NCBI GenBank assembly: GCA_041596615.1
Contig: JBFHIG010000004.1
Span: 5,280 to 69,279 of the forward strand
Source: Candidatus Moraniibacteriota bacterium
Lineage (GTDB): Bacteria > Patescibacteriota > Minisyncoccia > Moranbacterales > DUUL01
DNA length: 64,000 bases
Direction of reading: 5' to 3'
The position numbers and the translations under genes are program-made. Position 1 is the stretch's first letter; every line of letters begins with the position of its first letter. Below are positions 28,906 through 35,995 of this stretch, one piece after another. The notes under the pieces were generated by a model, which was given only the letters and a program-made list of their open reading frames with translations, searched no databases and was not told the DNA's origin.

Positions 28906-30537
28906 TTAAAAAAAAGTTATTAATATAAGCAACCCTAAATATATAAGAACTGTCAACAAAATCCACCAATTTAGATTTCTTACTTTTATTTTTTTGTTAT
29001 TTAAAATCCAATAATCAATCGCCCCAAAAATTACAGCTATTAACCAAAGTCTTTTTTCATTCAAAACAACAATTGAGGTTATATAGCTGATAAATATTGC
29101 CACCCCAAAAAAAAGTCTTGCGTTTTCCTCTCCCAGTATAGTTGGAATTGTTGTTACTTCATTTTCTCTATCACCTTCAATATCCTTAATATCCTTAATT
29201 GGTAATAAAAAGGTGTATACAATAAATAAAAAAAGAGCTATTTTCCAAGGAAATTTTTCCAGAGACTGCCCCTCAGAAACAACAATAAAACCCATAAATA
29301 GAAACAGCATAGATGCTGCAGAGGATACTACGCCAGAAACAAAAACAATTCTTTTCAATCTTAATGGTCTACAAGAATAAACCCAGGTTATTAATAAATA
29401 AGCGCAAATTATTAGAAAAAATTTAGAACCAACAACTATAGCTGTCAAAAGAGACATTGTCATTGGAATAAGAGCGAGATTCAAATATTCCTCCTTTGAA
29501 AAAATTTTTTTAATTAAAGGCCTTTCTGTATTTGTAATTTCGTCAATTTTTTCATCTTCTATATCATTAATAAAAACTGAATAAAACCATGCACATAAAA
29601 TTGAAATTAAGAGATTTACTATTACCAAGAAAGCGAATATATCAAAAGGTTTAATTTGTTTGAAATAAAAATAACCAATTGCTAAACCAGTAAAAAACAT
29701 CCCCCCATTAAAAAACATCTGTGGATATCTAATATTTTTTATTAAAGCAAATAACTTTTTTTTATTTAAAATAAATTGCAATAAAATTAAATTTCCGAAT
29801 AAGATTATTGTGTAAAAAAGTGCTGATCTAAGATGAAGAGACACTTTCATTGATTTTTTGTCAAAATTAAAAAGCTCCAAAGAGGTTAAAAAGGTTGAAG
29901 CTATATCACTACCATTTACTTTAAAAATATTTTCCCCTGAAATTCCTTTTATTAAAAATGTTAATAAACTGGGGAAAATTGCAAAAATATATAATATTAC
30001 ATAAACAATAAAAATTCCCAAAAAACCTTTTAACCAACTTCTTTTTTTAATTCCTATATATAAACCAATTCCTAACGTTGCCAATAAAATTCCCGCCCTA
30101 GTTCCATATGTAATTCCAAAAGAAGGATTATCTCCGAAAAAATAAAAAAACTTCTTAAAAAGCCCTGCTATATTATCAAAAAGATAAAAACTCCAAAAAT
30201 CTTTTTCTTTGAAAATAATTTTATCAATAATCGGTGGCAGCACCATAACCCAGTGTCCCCATAATAAAAAAGTTGCTAATTTTGAAATTTTTTCCTTTGT
30301 AAAAATAACCAAAAAAGTTAAAAGAACTACATATACCATTAAAAAAAATAAAAAAGTTCCACTCACTAGAGATCCTACTAAATAAGAAAATTCATGTGTT
30401 TTAAAACCAAATAAAGCACTTTCAATTATATATCTAACAGCAACAATTAAAATAAAAGATATTAAAAATGTTTTTATTGTTATTGGTCCTCTTTCTAGAA
30501 ATTTAAATATTTTCTCAATACTGTTTATTATTTTCAT
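28906..30537 (-). CDS. UbiA-family prenyltransferase domain fused to a ~300-aa N-terminal polytopic membrane region
   Basis: The C-terminal half has NDIEDEKID and DIKDIEGDRE, the two Asp-rich UbiA motifs. The protein is multi-TM throughout. Confidence 0.65.
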   Translation of the reverse strand: MKIINSIEKIFKFLERGPITIKTFLISFILIVAVRYIIESALFGFKTHEFSYLVGSLVSGTFLFFLMVYVVLLTFLVIFTKEKISKLATFLLWGHWVMVLPPIIDKIIFKEKDFWSFYLFDNIAGLFKKFFYFFGDNPSFGITYGTRAGILLATLGIGLYIGIKKRSWLKGFLGIFIVYVILYIFAIFPSLLTFLIKGISGENIFKVNGSDIASTFLTSLELFNFDKKSMKVSLHLRSALFYTIILFGNLILLQFILNKKKLFALIKNIRYPQMFFNGGMFFTGLAIGYFYFKQIKPFDIFAFLVIVNLLISILCAWFYSVFINDIEDEKIDEITNTERPLIKKIFSKEEYLNLALIPMTMSLLTAIVVGSKFFLIICAYLLITWVYSCRPLRLKRIVFVSGVVSSAASMLFLFMGFIVVSEGQSLEKFPWKIALFLFIVYTFLLPIKDIKDIEGDRENEVTTIPTILGEENARLFFGVAIFISYITSIVVLNEKRLWLIAVIFGAIDYWILNNKKIKVRNLNWWILLTVLIYLGLLILITFF

Positions 30538-30821
30538 TTATTTATTTTAATAAATTTCACAATTTTTTGTTTTATTTTTTTATTAATTTCAAATATTATT
30601 TTACTTCTTAATAGTACAATTTCATTTCTCCAAACAGATTTTGAAACTGATAAAAAAATAATTCCCCCTTTCCAATCATTAATTTTAATATTTTTTTTTC
30701 CAATATCACCAAACATCTCCTGAATAACTAACTCTGTTGTTTGTCTTATTATGTGAATATCAAAAGAGAGTTTTGAACTATTTTTTACTCTTTTCTTTAA
30801 TAAAGCCTCAAAACTCCTCAT
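30534..30821 (-). CDS. DUF721 / DciA-like small protein
   Basis: 95 aa; ..INDWKGGIIFLSVSKSVWRNEIVLLRSKIIFEINKKI matches the DUF721 pattern (l..g.L.v.v.s..w..eL......i...in). Its position just downstream of dnaN is typical for the family. Confidence 0.55.
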   Translation of the reverse strand: MRSFEALLKKRVKNSSKLSFDIHIIRQTTELVIQEMFGDIGKKNIKINDWKGGIIFLSVSKSVWRNEIVLLRSKIIFEINKKIKQKIVKFIKINK

Positions 30822-30846
30822 TTTTTTATTTTAACAACAAAGAAAA

Positions 30847-31995
30847 TTATGATTTTATAATAGGCATAATGACATAAGAAAAGGATTCATCTATTTCTCC
30901 TTTTGTTTTTATTCTCTTAAAAATCACTGGTGATTTTTGTTTATTTAATTTAATTAACACTTTTTCACAATCAAATAAAACACTTGATAATCCTTCAAGA
31001 ATGAATCTGCAGTTAAATAATATTTCAAACTCCGTGCCAGTTATTTTTGCTGGAATTTTCGAAAGGTTATCTCCAGAATCCATTGATTGGGCTGTTATTA
31101 ATAAAGCATCTAATTCTTTTGTGTTTTTAAAATTAACTTCTCCATTTTGCGAATTTGTTACCAATGAAGCAATTTTAACAGCATTTATTAATTTTTCCTT
31201 TTCCACTTCAAGTTCTATATCAAATTTCTTAGGTAAAACCTGTTTATATTCTGGATAGTTTCCATTTATTAACCTTGAAACTATTTTAATTTCACTTGTG
31301 CTTATAAACAATTGATTTTGTTCAATAACAATATTAATTTCCTCATCCCTTGCAATTCTTTGCACCTCCATTAAAGCTAGAGCTGGAATAATAATAGCTG
31401 CTTTTTTTTCTTTGAAATTATCAAAACCCTCCCCATCCTCAATTTTTATCCCTTCAATATCAATTTCAGTTAATCTAAAACTATCTGTTGATGCAAGTGT
31501 TATGGAATTATTTTTAAATTTCATTAATATTCCATTTAACTCCTGCCTCGTATCATTGTGTGCAACAGAAACAAGCACTCCTGATATTGCTTTGTTTATT
31601 TTCTTAGGTTCAATAGAAAAAAATGCTTCATCTGGAACATCCGGGATAATCGGGAAATCTTTTGCGTCAATCCCTTTTATTTTAATTTTATGATTTTCTG
31701 TTGTTATTTTTAATTCCGATCCCTCAAGTTCACCAGAAACAACCTCATCTTTAATGGTGTTCAAAAAACCACCCACAATCCTTGCAGGAATTGTAATACT
31801 TCCCTCTTTCTCTATTTTAGCACCTATATAAACCTTAATAGCTATTTCAAGATTCGTAGCAGCTAATACAAGTCTCCCTTTTTCTGATGAAATTAAAATA
31901 TTCCCTAATATCGGAAGTGTTGTTTGTTTTGAAACAATTCTTTCAACCTTTGATATTCCCTCTTTTAAATTAATGGTTTTGCAAGTAAATTTCAT
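30847..31995 (-). CDS. dnaN: DNA polymerase III beta sliding clamp
   Basis: MKFTCKTINLKEGISKVERIVSKQTTLPILGNILI, 382 aa with a three-domain length, and ends ...SYVIMPI. It lies adjacent to dnaA. Confidence 0.9.
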   Translation of the reverse strand: MKFTCKTINLKEGISKVERIVSKQTTLPILGNILISSEKGRLVLAATNLEIAIKVYIGAKIEKEGSITIPARIVGGFLNTIKDEVVSGELEGSELKITTENHKIKIKGIDAKDFPIIPDVPDEAFFSIEPKKINKAISGVLVSVAHNDTRQELNGILMKFKNNSITLASTDSFRLTEIDIEGIKIEDGEGFDNFKEKKAAIIIPALALMEVQRIARDEEINIVIEQNQLFISTSEIKIVSRLINGNYPEYKQVLPKKFDIELEVEKEKLINAVKIASLVTNSQNGEVNFKNTKELDALLITAQSMDSGDNLSKIPAKITGTEFEILFNCRFILEGLSSVLFDCEKVLIKLNKQKSPVIFKRIKTKGEIDESFSYVIMPIIKS

Positions 31996-32198
31996 TTTCT
32001 GTAATTATTTAATAATATCTATTTATATATCTTATTATTATTATTATCTATTAGACAACAAAATATGTGTATAAGTCTAAAAAATTCTTTAAATAAGCTT
32101 AAATTTATGTTTATAAATTTAACAAATATTGAAGTCTTTGTTGTTAATCAATTTGTTGAAAACTCAAATATCTTTAAAATTTTGAATTTTCGAAAAAG

Positions 32199-32274
32199 TT
32201 ATTAACAAAAATAATTTGGGAACATAACAATTAAATAACAGCAAATTAACAAGTTATTAACAGGTTTATTAACA
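32199..32274 (+). repeat. Direct 9-mer repeats TTATTAACA (3 exact copies plus one AAATTAACA variant) in the dnaA-dnaN spacer
   Basis: Exact copies at 32199-32207, 32254-32262 and 32266-32274; the variant is at 32243-32251. All share one orientation, immediately downstream of the dnaA stop. Confidence 0.5.
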
Positions 32275-32278
32275 ATTA

Positions 32279-33679
32279 CTAGTATTCAATAAATTTTTCT
32301 TTTATAAATTTCAATTGATCTTTCATTAAAAGATTGTTTTCCAATTCTTTGGTTACTTTTTCATAACCATAAATTGCTGTGGAATGATCTCTTCCACCTA
32401 AAGATTTTCCAATTTCAGGAAAGGATAAATTTAATTCTTGTCGCAAGAAATAGATAACTATTTGCCTAGGCTTTACAACTTTCTTTTGTCTAGCCTTACC
32501 TACAATTTCTTCTGGTTTCACATCATAAAAATCACCCACAGATTTAATGATTTTTGAAACAGTTAAGTCTTTTTGTCTATTAATTGAAATAACATCTTTA
32601 GTCATTTCAGTAACATCCTCTATTGTAGGAGTAGTGTTTCTGAGTTGAAAAGTTACTACAATTTTATTTAAAGCTCCTTCTAATTCTCTAACATTATGGT
32701 AGATATTGGTAGCTAAATATTCAACAACGTTTTCAGGTATAGAAAAATTTTTTTCTGATAATTTTTTATTTATAATTGCAATTCTCGTTTCCAAATCAGG
32801 TTTATTAACATCAGCCATCATTCCACCTTCAAAACGAGAGCGTAAACGATCTTCGATTGTTGGGATTGATTTAGGGGCTCTATCGGAACTTAAAATAATT
32901 TGCTTTCCAAGTTGATAAAGAGATTCAAAAATATGAAAAAATTCTTCTTGAGTTTTTTCTTTCCCTGCTAAAAATTGAACATCATCCAGAATTAAAATAT
33001 CTAGGTCAATATAATTATTTTTAAATTCTTTTGCACGAGATTTTTGAATAGCATCCACAAGTTCGTTTGTGAATCTTTCCATACTTACATAGCGGATTTT
33101 AATATTAGGGTTCAGTTTTCCAGCATAATTCCCAGTCGATTGTAAAAGATGTGTTTTTCCAAGCCCCACCCCACCGTAAATAAAGAGGGGGTTATAATTT
33201 TTACCAGGAGCCTCAGCAATGCTGCGACAAGCCGCATAAGCTAATTCATTATTTCCACCAACCACAAAACTATCAAAAGAATAACGACTATTTAAATTTG
33301 ATTTATAAGTATTTCTTTGGGGTTGTTGTTTGGAAAAAGACCTTTGAGAATTATTAATTCTTTTAATATCAGCAACCACATTAGCATTATGATCTGATTT
33401 TTGTTTTTTGATGCCATTTAGATCGGATGGGTCGGAATTACCTATTCTACAAGAAAGGGTGTTTATTTCTCTTCTATATTGTTGAACAGCGTCAATTATT
33501 TGTGTTTTATATTTTTTTTCCAACCACTCCTTGGCAAAAATATTAGGAACGGAAACAACCAGTAGATTTTCGGTAATACCAAAAATAGAGGTACTTTTAA
33601 ACCATGTAGTAAAACTTGCTTTTGAAATTGACAGTTCCATTTCCCCCAACACGGCTTGCCATAGCTCTTCGTTGGTCAT
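32279..33679 (-). CDS. dnaA: Chromosomal replication initiator DnaA
   Basis: WQAVLGEMELSISKASFTTW, Walker A YGGVGLGKTHLL, LILDDVQFL, and a C-terminal DNA-binding domain (..GGRDHSTAIYGYEKV). Confidence 0.95.
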   Translation of the reverse strand: MTNEELWQAVLGEMELSISKASFTTWFKSTSIFGITENLLVVSVPNIFAKEWLEKKYKTQIIDAVQQYRREINTLSCRIGNSDPSDLNGIKKQKSDHNANVVADIKRINNSQRSFSKQQPQRNTYKSNLNSRYSFDSFVVGGNNELAYAACRSIAEAPGKNYNPLFIYGGVGLGKTHLLQSTGNYAGKLNPNIKIRYVSMERFTNELVDAIQKSRAKEFKNNYIDLDILILDDVQFLAGKEKTQEEFFHIFESLYQLGKQIILSSDRAPKSIPTIEDRLRSRFEGGMMADVNKPDLETRIAIINKKLSEKNFSIPENVVEYLATNIYHNVRELEGALNKIVVTFQLRNTTPTIEDVTEMTKDVISINRQKDLTVSKIIKSVGDFYDVKPEEIVGKARQKKVVKPRQIVIYFLRQELNLSFPEIGKSLGGRDHSTAIYGYEKVTKELENNLLMKDQLKFIKEKFIEY

Positions 33680-33757
33680 TTTTGTGCTTTTTAAGATTCA
33701 ACAATTCTTATTGTAGAGGACTTCTTTGCTTTTATCAATAAACCAAAAGATTGAAAA

Positions 33758-33785
33758 TGTGGAGAAACTGTGGAAAAGTGGAGAA
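33758..33785 (-). promoter_or_regulatory. Three tandem DnaA boxes upstream of dnaA
   Basis: The plus strand has TGTGGAGAA (33758-66), TGTGGAAAA (33769-77) and AGTGGAGAA (33777-85). Their reverse complements are TTCTCCACA, TTTTCCACA and TTCTCCACT, against the consensus TTATNCACA. Confidence 0.65.
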
Positions 33786-33833
33786 ACTTTTATTTTAAAA
33801 CAAAAATATTGTCAAGTTTTAAATTGAAATAGA

Positions 33834-33869
33834 AAAGAGCCTCCTTACTTATTAAGCAGGAGGCTCTTT
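33834..33869 (-). terminator. Strong intrinsic terminator of the 33889..34854 gene
   Basis: AAAGAGCCTCCT (33834-45) and AGGAGGCTCTTT (33858-69) form a 12-bp perfect GC-rich stem with a 12-nt loop and T-rich flanks on both strands. Confidence 0.7.
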
Positions 33870-33888
33870 GTTTTTGATTCCCTCAGGG

Positions 33889-34854
33889 TTATTTTGTCAC
33901 GCTCACCCTGAAGCTACTTGGTCTTTGTTGCATTGAATACAAAAATGCAACTTTATTAAGTTGATCAAAGTCAACTTTTGATTCCCTTAGCTCTTTTTTA
34001 CCAAAAAGCCCCTCACCTCGCTTTTTGGCTTCTTCAAGGGCTTTTTTTTGGTATTTTTGTGCCAACCCATATCTTCCTTCTTTGGCACATGCGTATGCAG
34101 CAGCCTCTAGTCCAGCCAAGAGGTTAGCCAGACTATTGGCATAAACACCCTCATAGAGAGGTACCAAGGATTTCTCTGCTATTTTTTCGATGTCAATATT
34201 TTCAACTTCGACACCGTTTACAATTAGTTGAATTGTGGCTGCCGCTGCCAGGGGCTCTTCATTGATAGACGCAAAACCTTTCCTGGCTTCACTGAAAAGT
34301 CCAGTTTCCAAGAAATAACAGGATGTCTTATATATAACAATATCAGCCCCTCGCTCAGACTTGTGATCTAAAGCTTCTTCAAGGGCTTTTTTCATGAGCT
34401 TAACAACTTTTTTGTCATTAGGCCCACTTTCCTCCTCCTCAATTCTTGCTTTTATCAGAGTCTTATATCCAGGAGGCGGAGGTTTTATAAGGGAAAAAAC
34501 AATTTCCCCTGTGTAATAATTCCTTAAATAAAGGGTGCAATCATTGCCTTCACACTCCTTGGTTAATTTGGCAATATTGCCCCCAAACTCAAGTACATCG
34601 TCCTGTATCTGGTAAGAAATGGACTTCTCACCCTTTAACCCAAAAAAATGCATACCGCTTTTCTTGCCTTTAAACAGGACCAGGGAATTGGTCCTTTCTT
34701 CTTTACTTACTATTCCGCTGAACATAACCAACGGTTTATTGGTTAGTTCTTCAACAAAATCAACCGCAAACGCAGAGGTTAAAGAGGTTAAATTTGCCAA
34801 AAAAATAGAAACAGCCATAGCCACCAACAAAGAACAACGGGATAATAATTTCAT
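33889..34854 (-). CDS. Secreted hypothetical protein (321 aa), Ala-rich C-terminal helical region
   Basis: I chose the ATG at 34854, which is preceded by AAGGAG 5 nt upstream. The product starts MKLLSRCSLLVAMAVSIFLANLTSLTSAFA (signal peptide). The track start at 34926 is TTG. Confidence 0.6.
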   Translation of the reverse strand: MKLLSRCSLLVAMAVSIFLANLTSLTSAFAVDFVEELTNKPLVMFSGIVSKEERTNSLVLFKGKKSGMHFFGLKGEKSISYQIQDDVLEFGGNIAKLTKECEGNDCTLYLRNYYTGEIVFSLIKPPPPGYKTLIKARIEEEESGPNDKKVVKLMKKALEEALDHKSERGADIVIYKTSCYFLETGLFSEARKGFASINEEPLAAAATIQLIVNGVEVENIDIEKIAEKSLVPLYEGVYANSLANLLAGLEAAAYACAKEGRYGLAQKYQKKALEEAKKRGEGLFGKKELRESKVDFDQLNKVAFLYSMQQRPSSFRVSVTK

Positions 34855-35263
34855 AACGTCTCCTTGTGAATTGGCCTGCTTAAGGCCGTTAAAAAAATAT
34901 GTTTTTATAAACAAAATTAAATTCAAAGTACTGCACTATAAAGGTTAACAAGGAAAACTGTTTTGTCAAGACATATTTAAAGTATTTTGTCAATATAAAA
35001 CAACATAAAAAGATTTTTATTCTAAAAATCCCTTATTAAAGAGAAAAAAATGACGAACAAAGTTATTTTTCATTGACAAAATAGTTAATAAAAGTTCTAA
35101 TTATAAATAAAAGTATAAAACAAACAAAAGGTGTGATAATAATATTTATAAGGTAAAAAATATTAATAAAGAAACACAAAAAATAAAACAAAATGAATAT
35201 AAAACCATTATATTCATTAAAATAGTCTTATTTTAACTAACTTTAGTCCTTAGAAATTAGCAA

Positions 35264-35279
35264 TGTTCCACGTGGAACA
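35264..35279. promoter_or_regulatory. parS-like site 1, embedded in a 46-bp perfect palindrome (35249-35294)
   Basis: TGTTCCACGTGGAACA against the parS consensus TGTTNCACGTGAAACA. The full palindrome is CTTAGAAATTAGCAATGTTCCAC|GTGGAACATTGCTAATTTCTAAG. Confidence 0.75.
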
Positions 35280-35334
35280 TTGCTAATTTCTAAGTAAGCT
35301 AAATATTAATTAAAATAATATATAATGAAGTTAT

Positions 35335-35350
35335 TGTTCCACGTGGAACA
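35335..35350. promoter_or_regulatory. parS-like site 2, in a 24-bp palindrome (35331-35354)
   Basis: TTATTGTTCCAC|GTGGAACAATAA. Confidence 0.75.
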
Positions 35351-35422
35351 ATAAACAAAAATATATAAAAACAAGAGCCTTTTTCTAAAAAGAAAATAAA
35401 GAGAGTGAATAGATTTTTATAA

Positions 35423-35431
35423 TGTGAATAA
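35423..35431 (-). promoter_or_regulatory. Single consensus-fitting DnaA box inside the parS spacer
   Basis: The plus strand TGTGAATAA is the reverse complement of TTATTCACA, which fits TTATNCACA. A weaker neighbour, AGTGAATAG, lies at 35404-35412. Confidence 0.4.
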
Positions 35432-35465
35432 TATAAAAAAGGAATGTCTCTAGTTTTAAAATAAT

Positions 35466-35481
35466 TGTTCCACGTGGAACA
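35466..35481. promoter_or_regulatory. parS-like site 3, with a 16-bp core only
   Basis: TGTTCCACGTGGAACA. The right flank TGCTAATTA resembles the right flank of site 1 (TTGCTAATTT). Confidence 0.75.
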
Positions 35482-35514
35482 TGCTAATTATTAAAAATTA
35501 GAAAAAAATAAGAT

Positions 35515-35530
35515 TGTTCCACGTGGAACA
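35515..35530. promoter_or_regulatory. parS-like site 4, in a 26-bp palindrome (35510-35535)
   Basis: AAGATTGTTCCAC|GTGGAACAATCTT. Confidence 0.75.
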
Positions 35531-35567
35531 ATCTTATAAAATAATTAAAGCTCAAATAAAAAATAAT

Positions 35568-35583
35568 TGTTCCACGTGGAACA
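35568..35583. promoter_or_regulatory. parS-like site 5, in a 28-bp palindrome (35562-35589)
   Basis: AATAATTGTTCCAC|GTGGAACAATTATT. Confidence 0.75.
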
Positions 35584-35823
35584 ATTATTAAGGTTTACTG
35601 GAATAACAAAAAATATTAAAAAGAATATAAATTCATAATATTAAAAAAAGGCATAAAAATAGTACAAAAAAGACTTATAAACAAAAAATAATAAAATAAA
35701 AATACTCTTTTTTTGTTAATCTTTTTAAAAAATTGATTTTTTAGAGATTTTGTTGTATACAGGGTGAAGGGATATTGATAAAAAAGAGAAAAAAATATTT
35801 TTTTATTAAAAAGACCACAATTA

Positions 35824-35896
35824 GGGGATATAGCTCAGCTGGTAGAGTGCTCCCATGGCATGGGAGAGGTCTGGGGTTCGACTCCCCATATCTCCA
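35824..35896 (+). tRNA. tRNA-Ala (anticodon GGC)
   Basis: Hand-folded cloverleaf: acceptor GGGGATA/TATCTCC with the G3:U70 Ala identity pair, anticodon loop AUGGCAU, T-loop TTCGACT, discriminator A. No CCA is encoded. Confidence 0.9.
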
Positions 35897-35908
35897 CATT
35901 AAAAAATT

Positions 35909-35980
35909 GCCCCCGTAGTTCAATGGATAGAACAAGGGACTCCTAAGCCTTAGATGTAAGTTCGATTCTTGCCGGGGGTA
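35909..35980 (+). tRNA. tRNA-Arg (anticodon CCU)
   Basis: Acceptor GCCCCCG/CGGGGGT (G1-U72), D-arm GTTC/GAAC, anticodon loop CUCCUAA, T-arm GTAAG-TTCGATT-CTTGC. There is one A31-G39 mismatch. No CCA is encoded. Confidence 0.8.
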
Positions 35981-35995
35981 CATTTATATAGAAAT

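Noticed and set aside
34960-35081. Three copies of TTTTGTCAA (two direct, one inverted) as a possible regulatory repeat.
   Set aside because: The shared core is just the -35 hexamer TTGACA read on either strand in an AT-rich spacer. Only the copy at 35073 has a plausibly spaced -10 (TCTAAT), and that is weak. The evidence is not sufficient to call a motif family.
35249-35589. The five repeats could be a CRISPR array or a MITE cluster.
   Set aside because: The repeat core is a 16-bp perfect palindrome that matches parS. Spacing is irregular (49-131 bp), there are no unique spacers of uniform length, and no cas genes lie nearby. No terminal-inverted-repeat or target-duplication structure typical of MITEs is present.
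35741-35983. 80-aa minus-strand ORF from the track.
   Set aside because: It lies entirely antisense to tRNA-Ala and tRNA-Arg, so it is an artefact of the GC-rich tRNA sequence.
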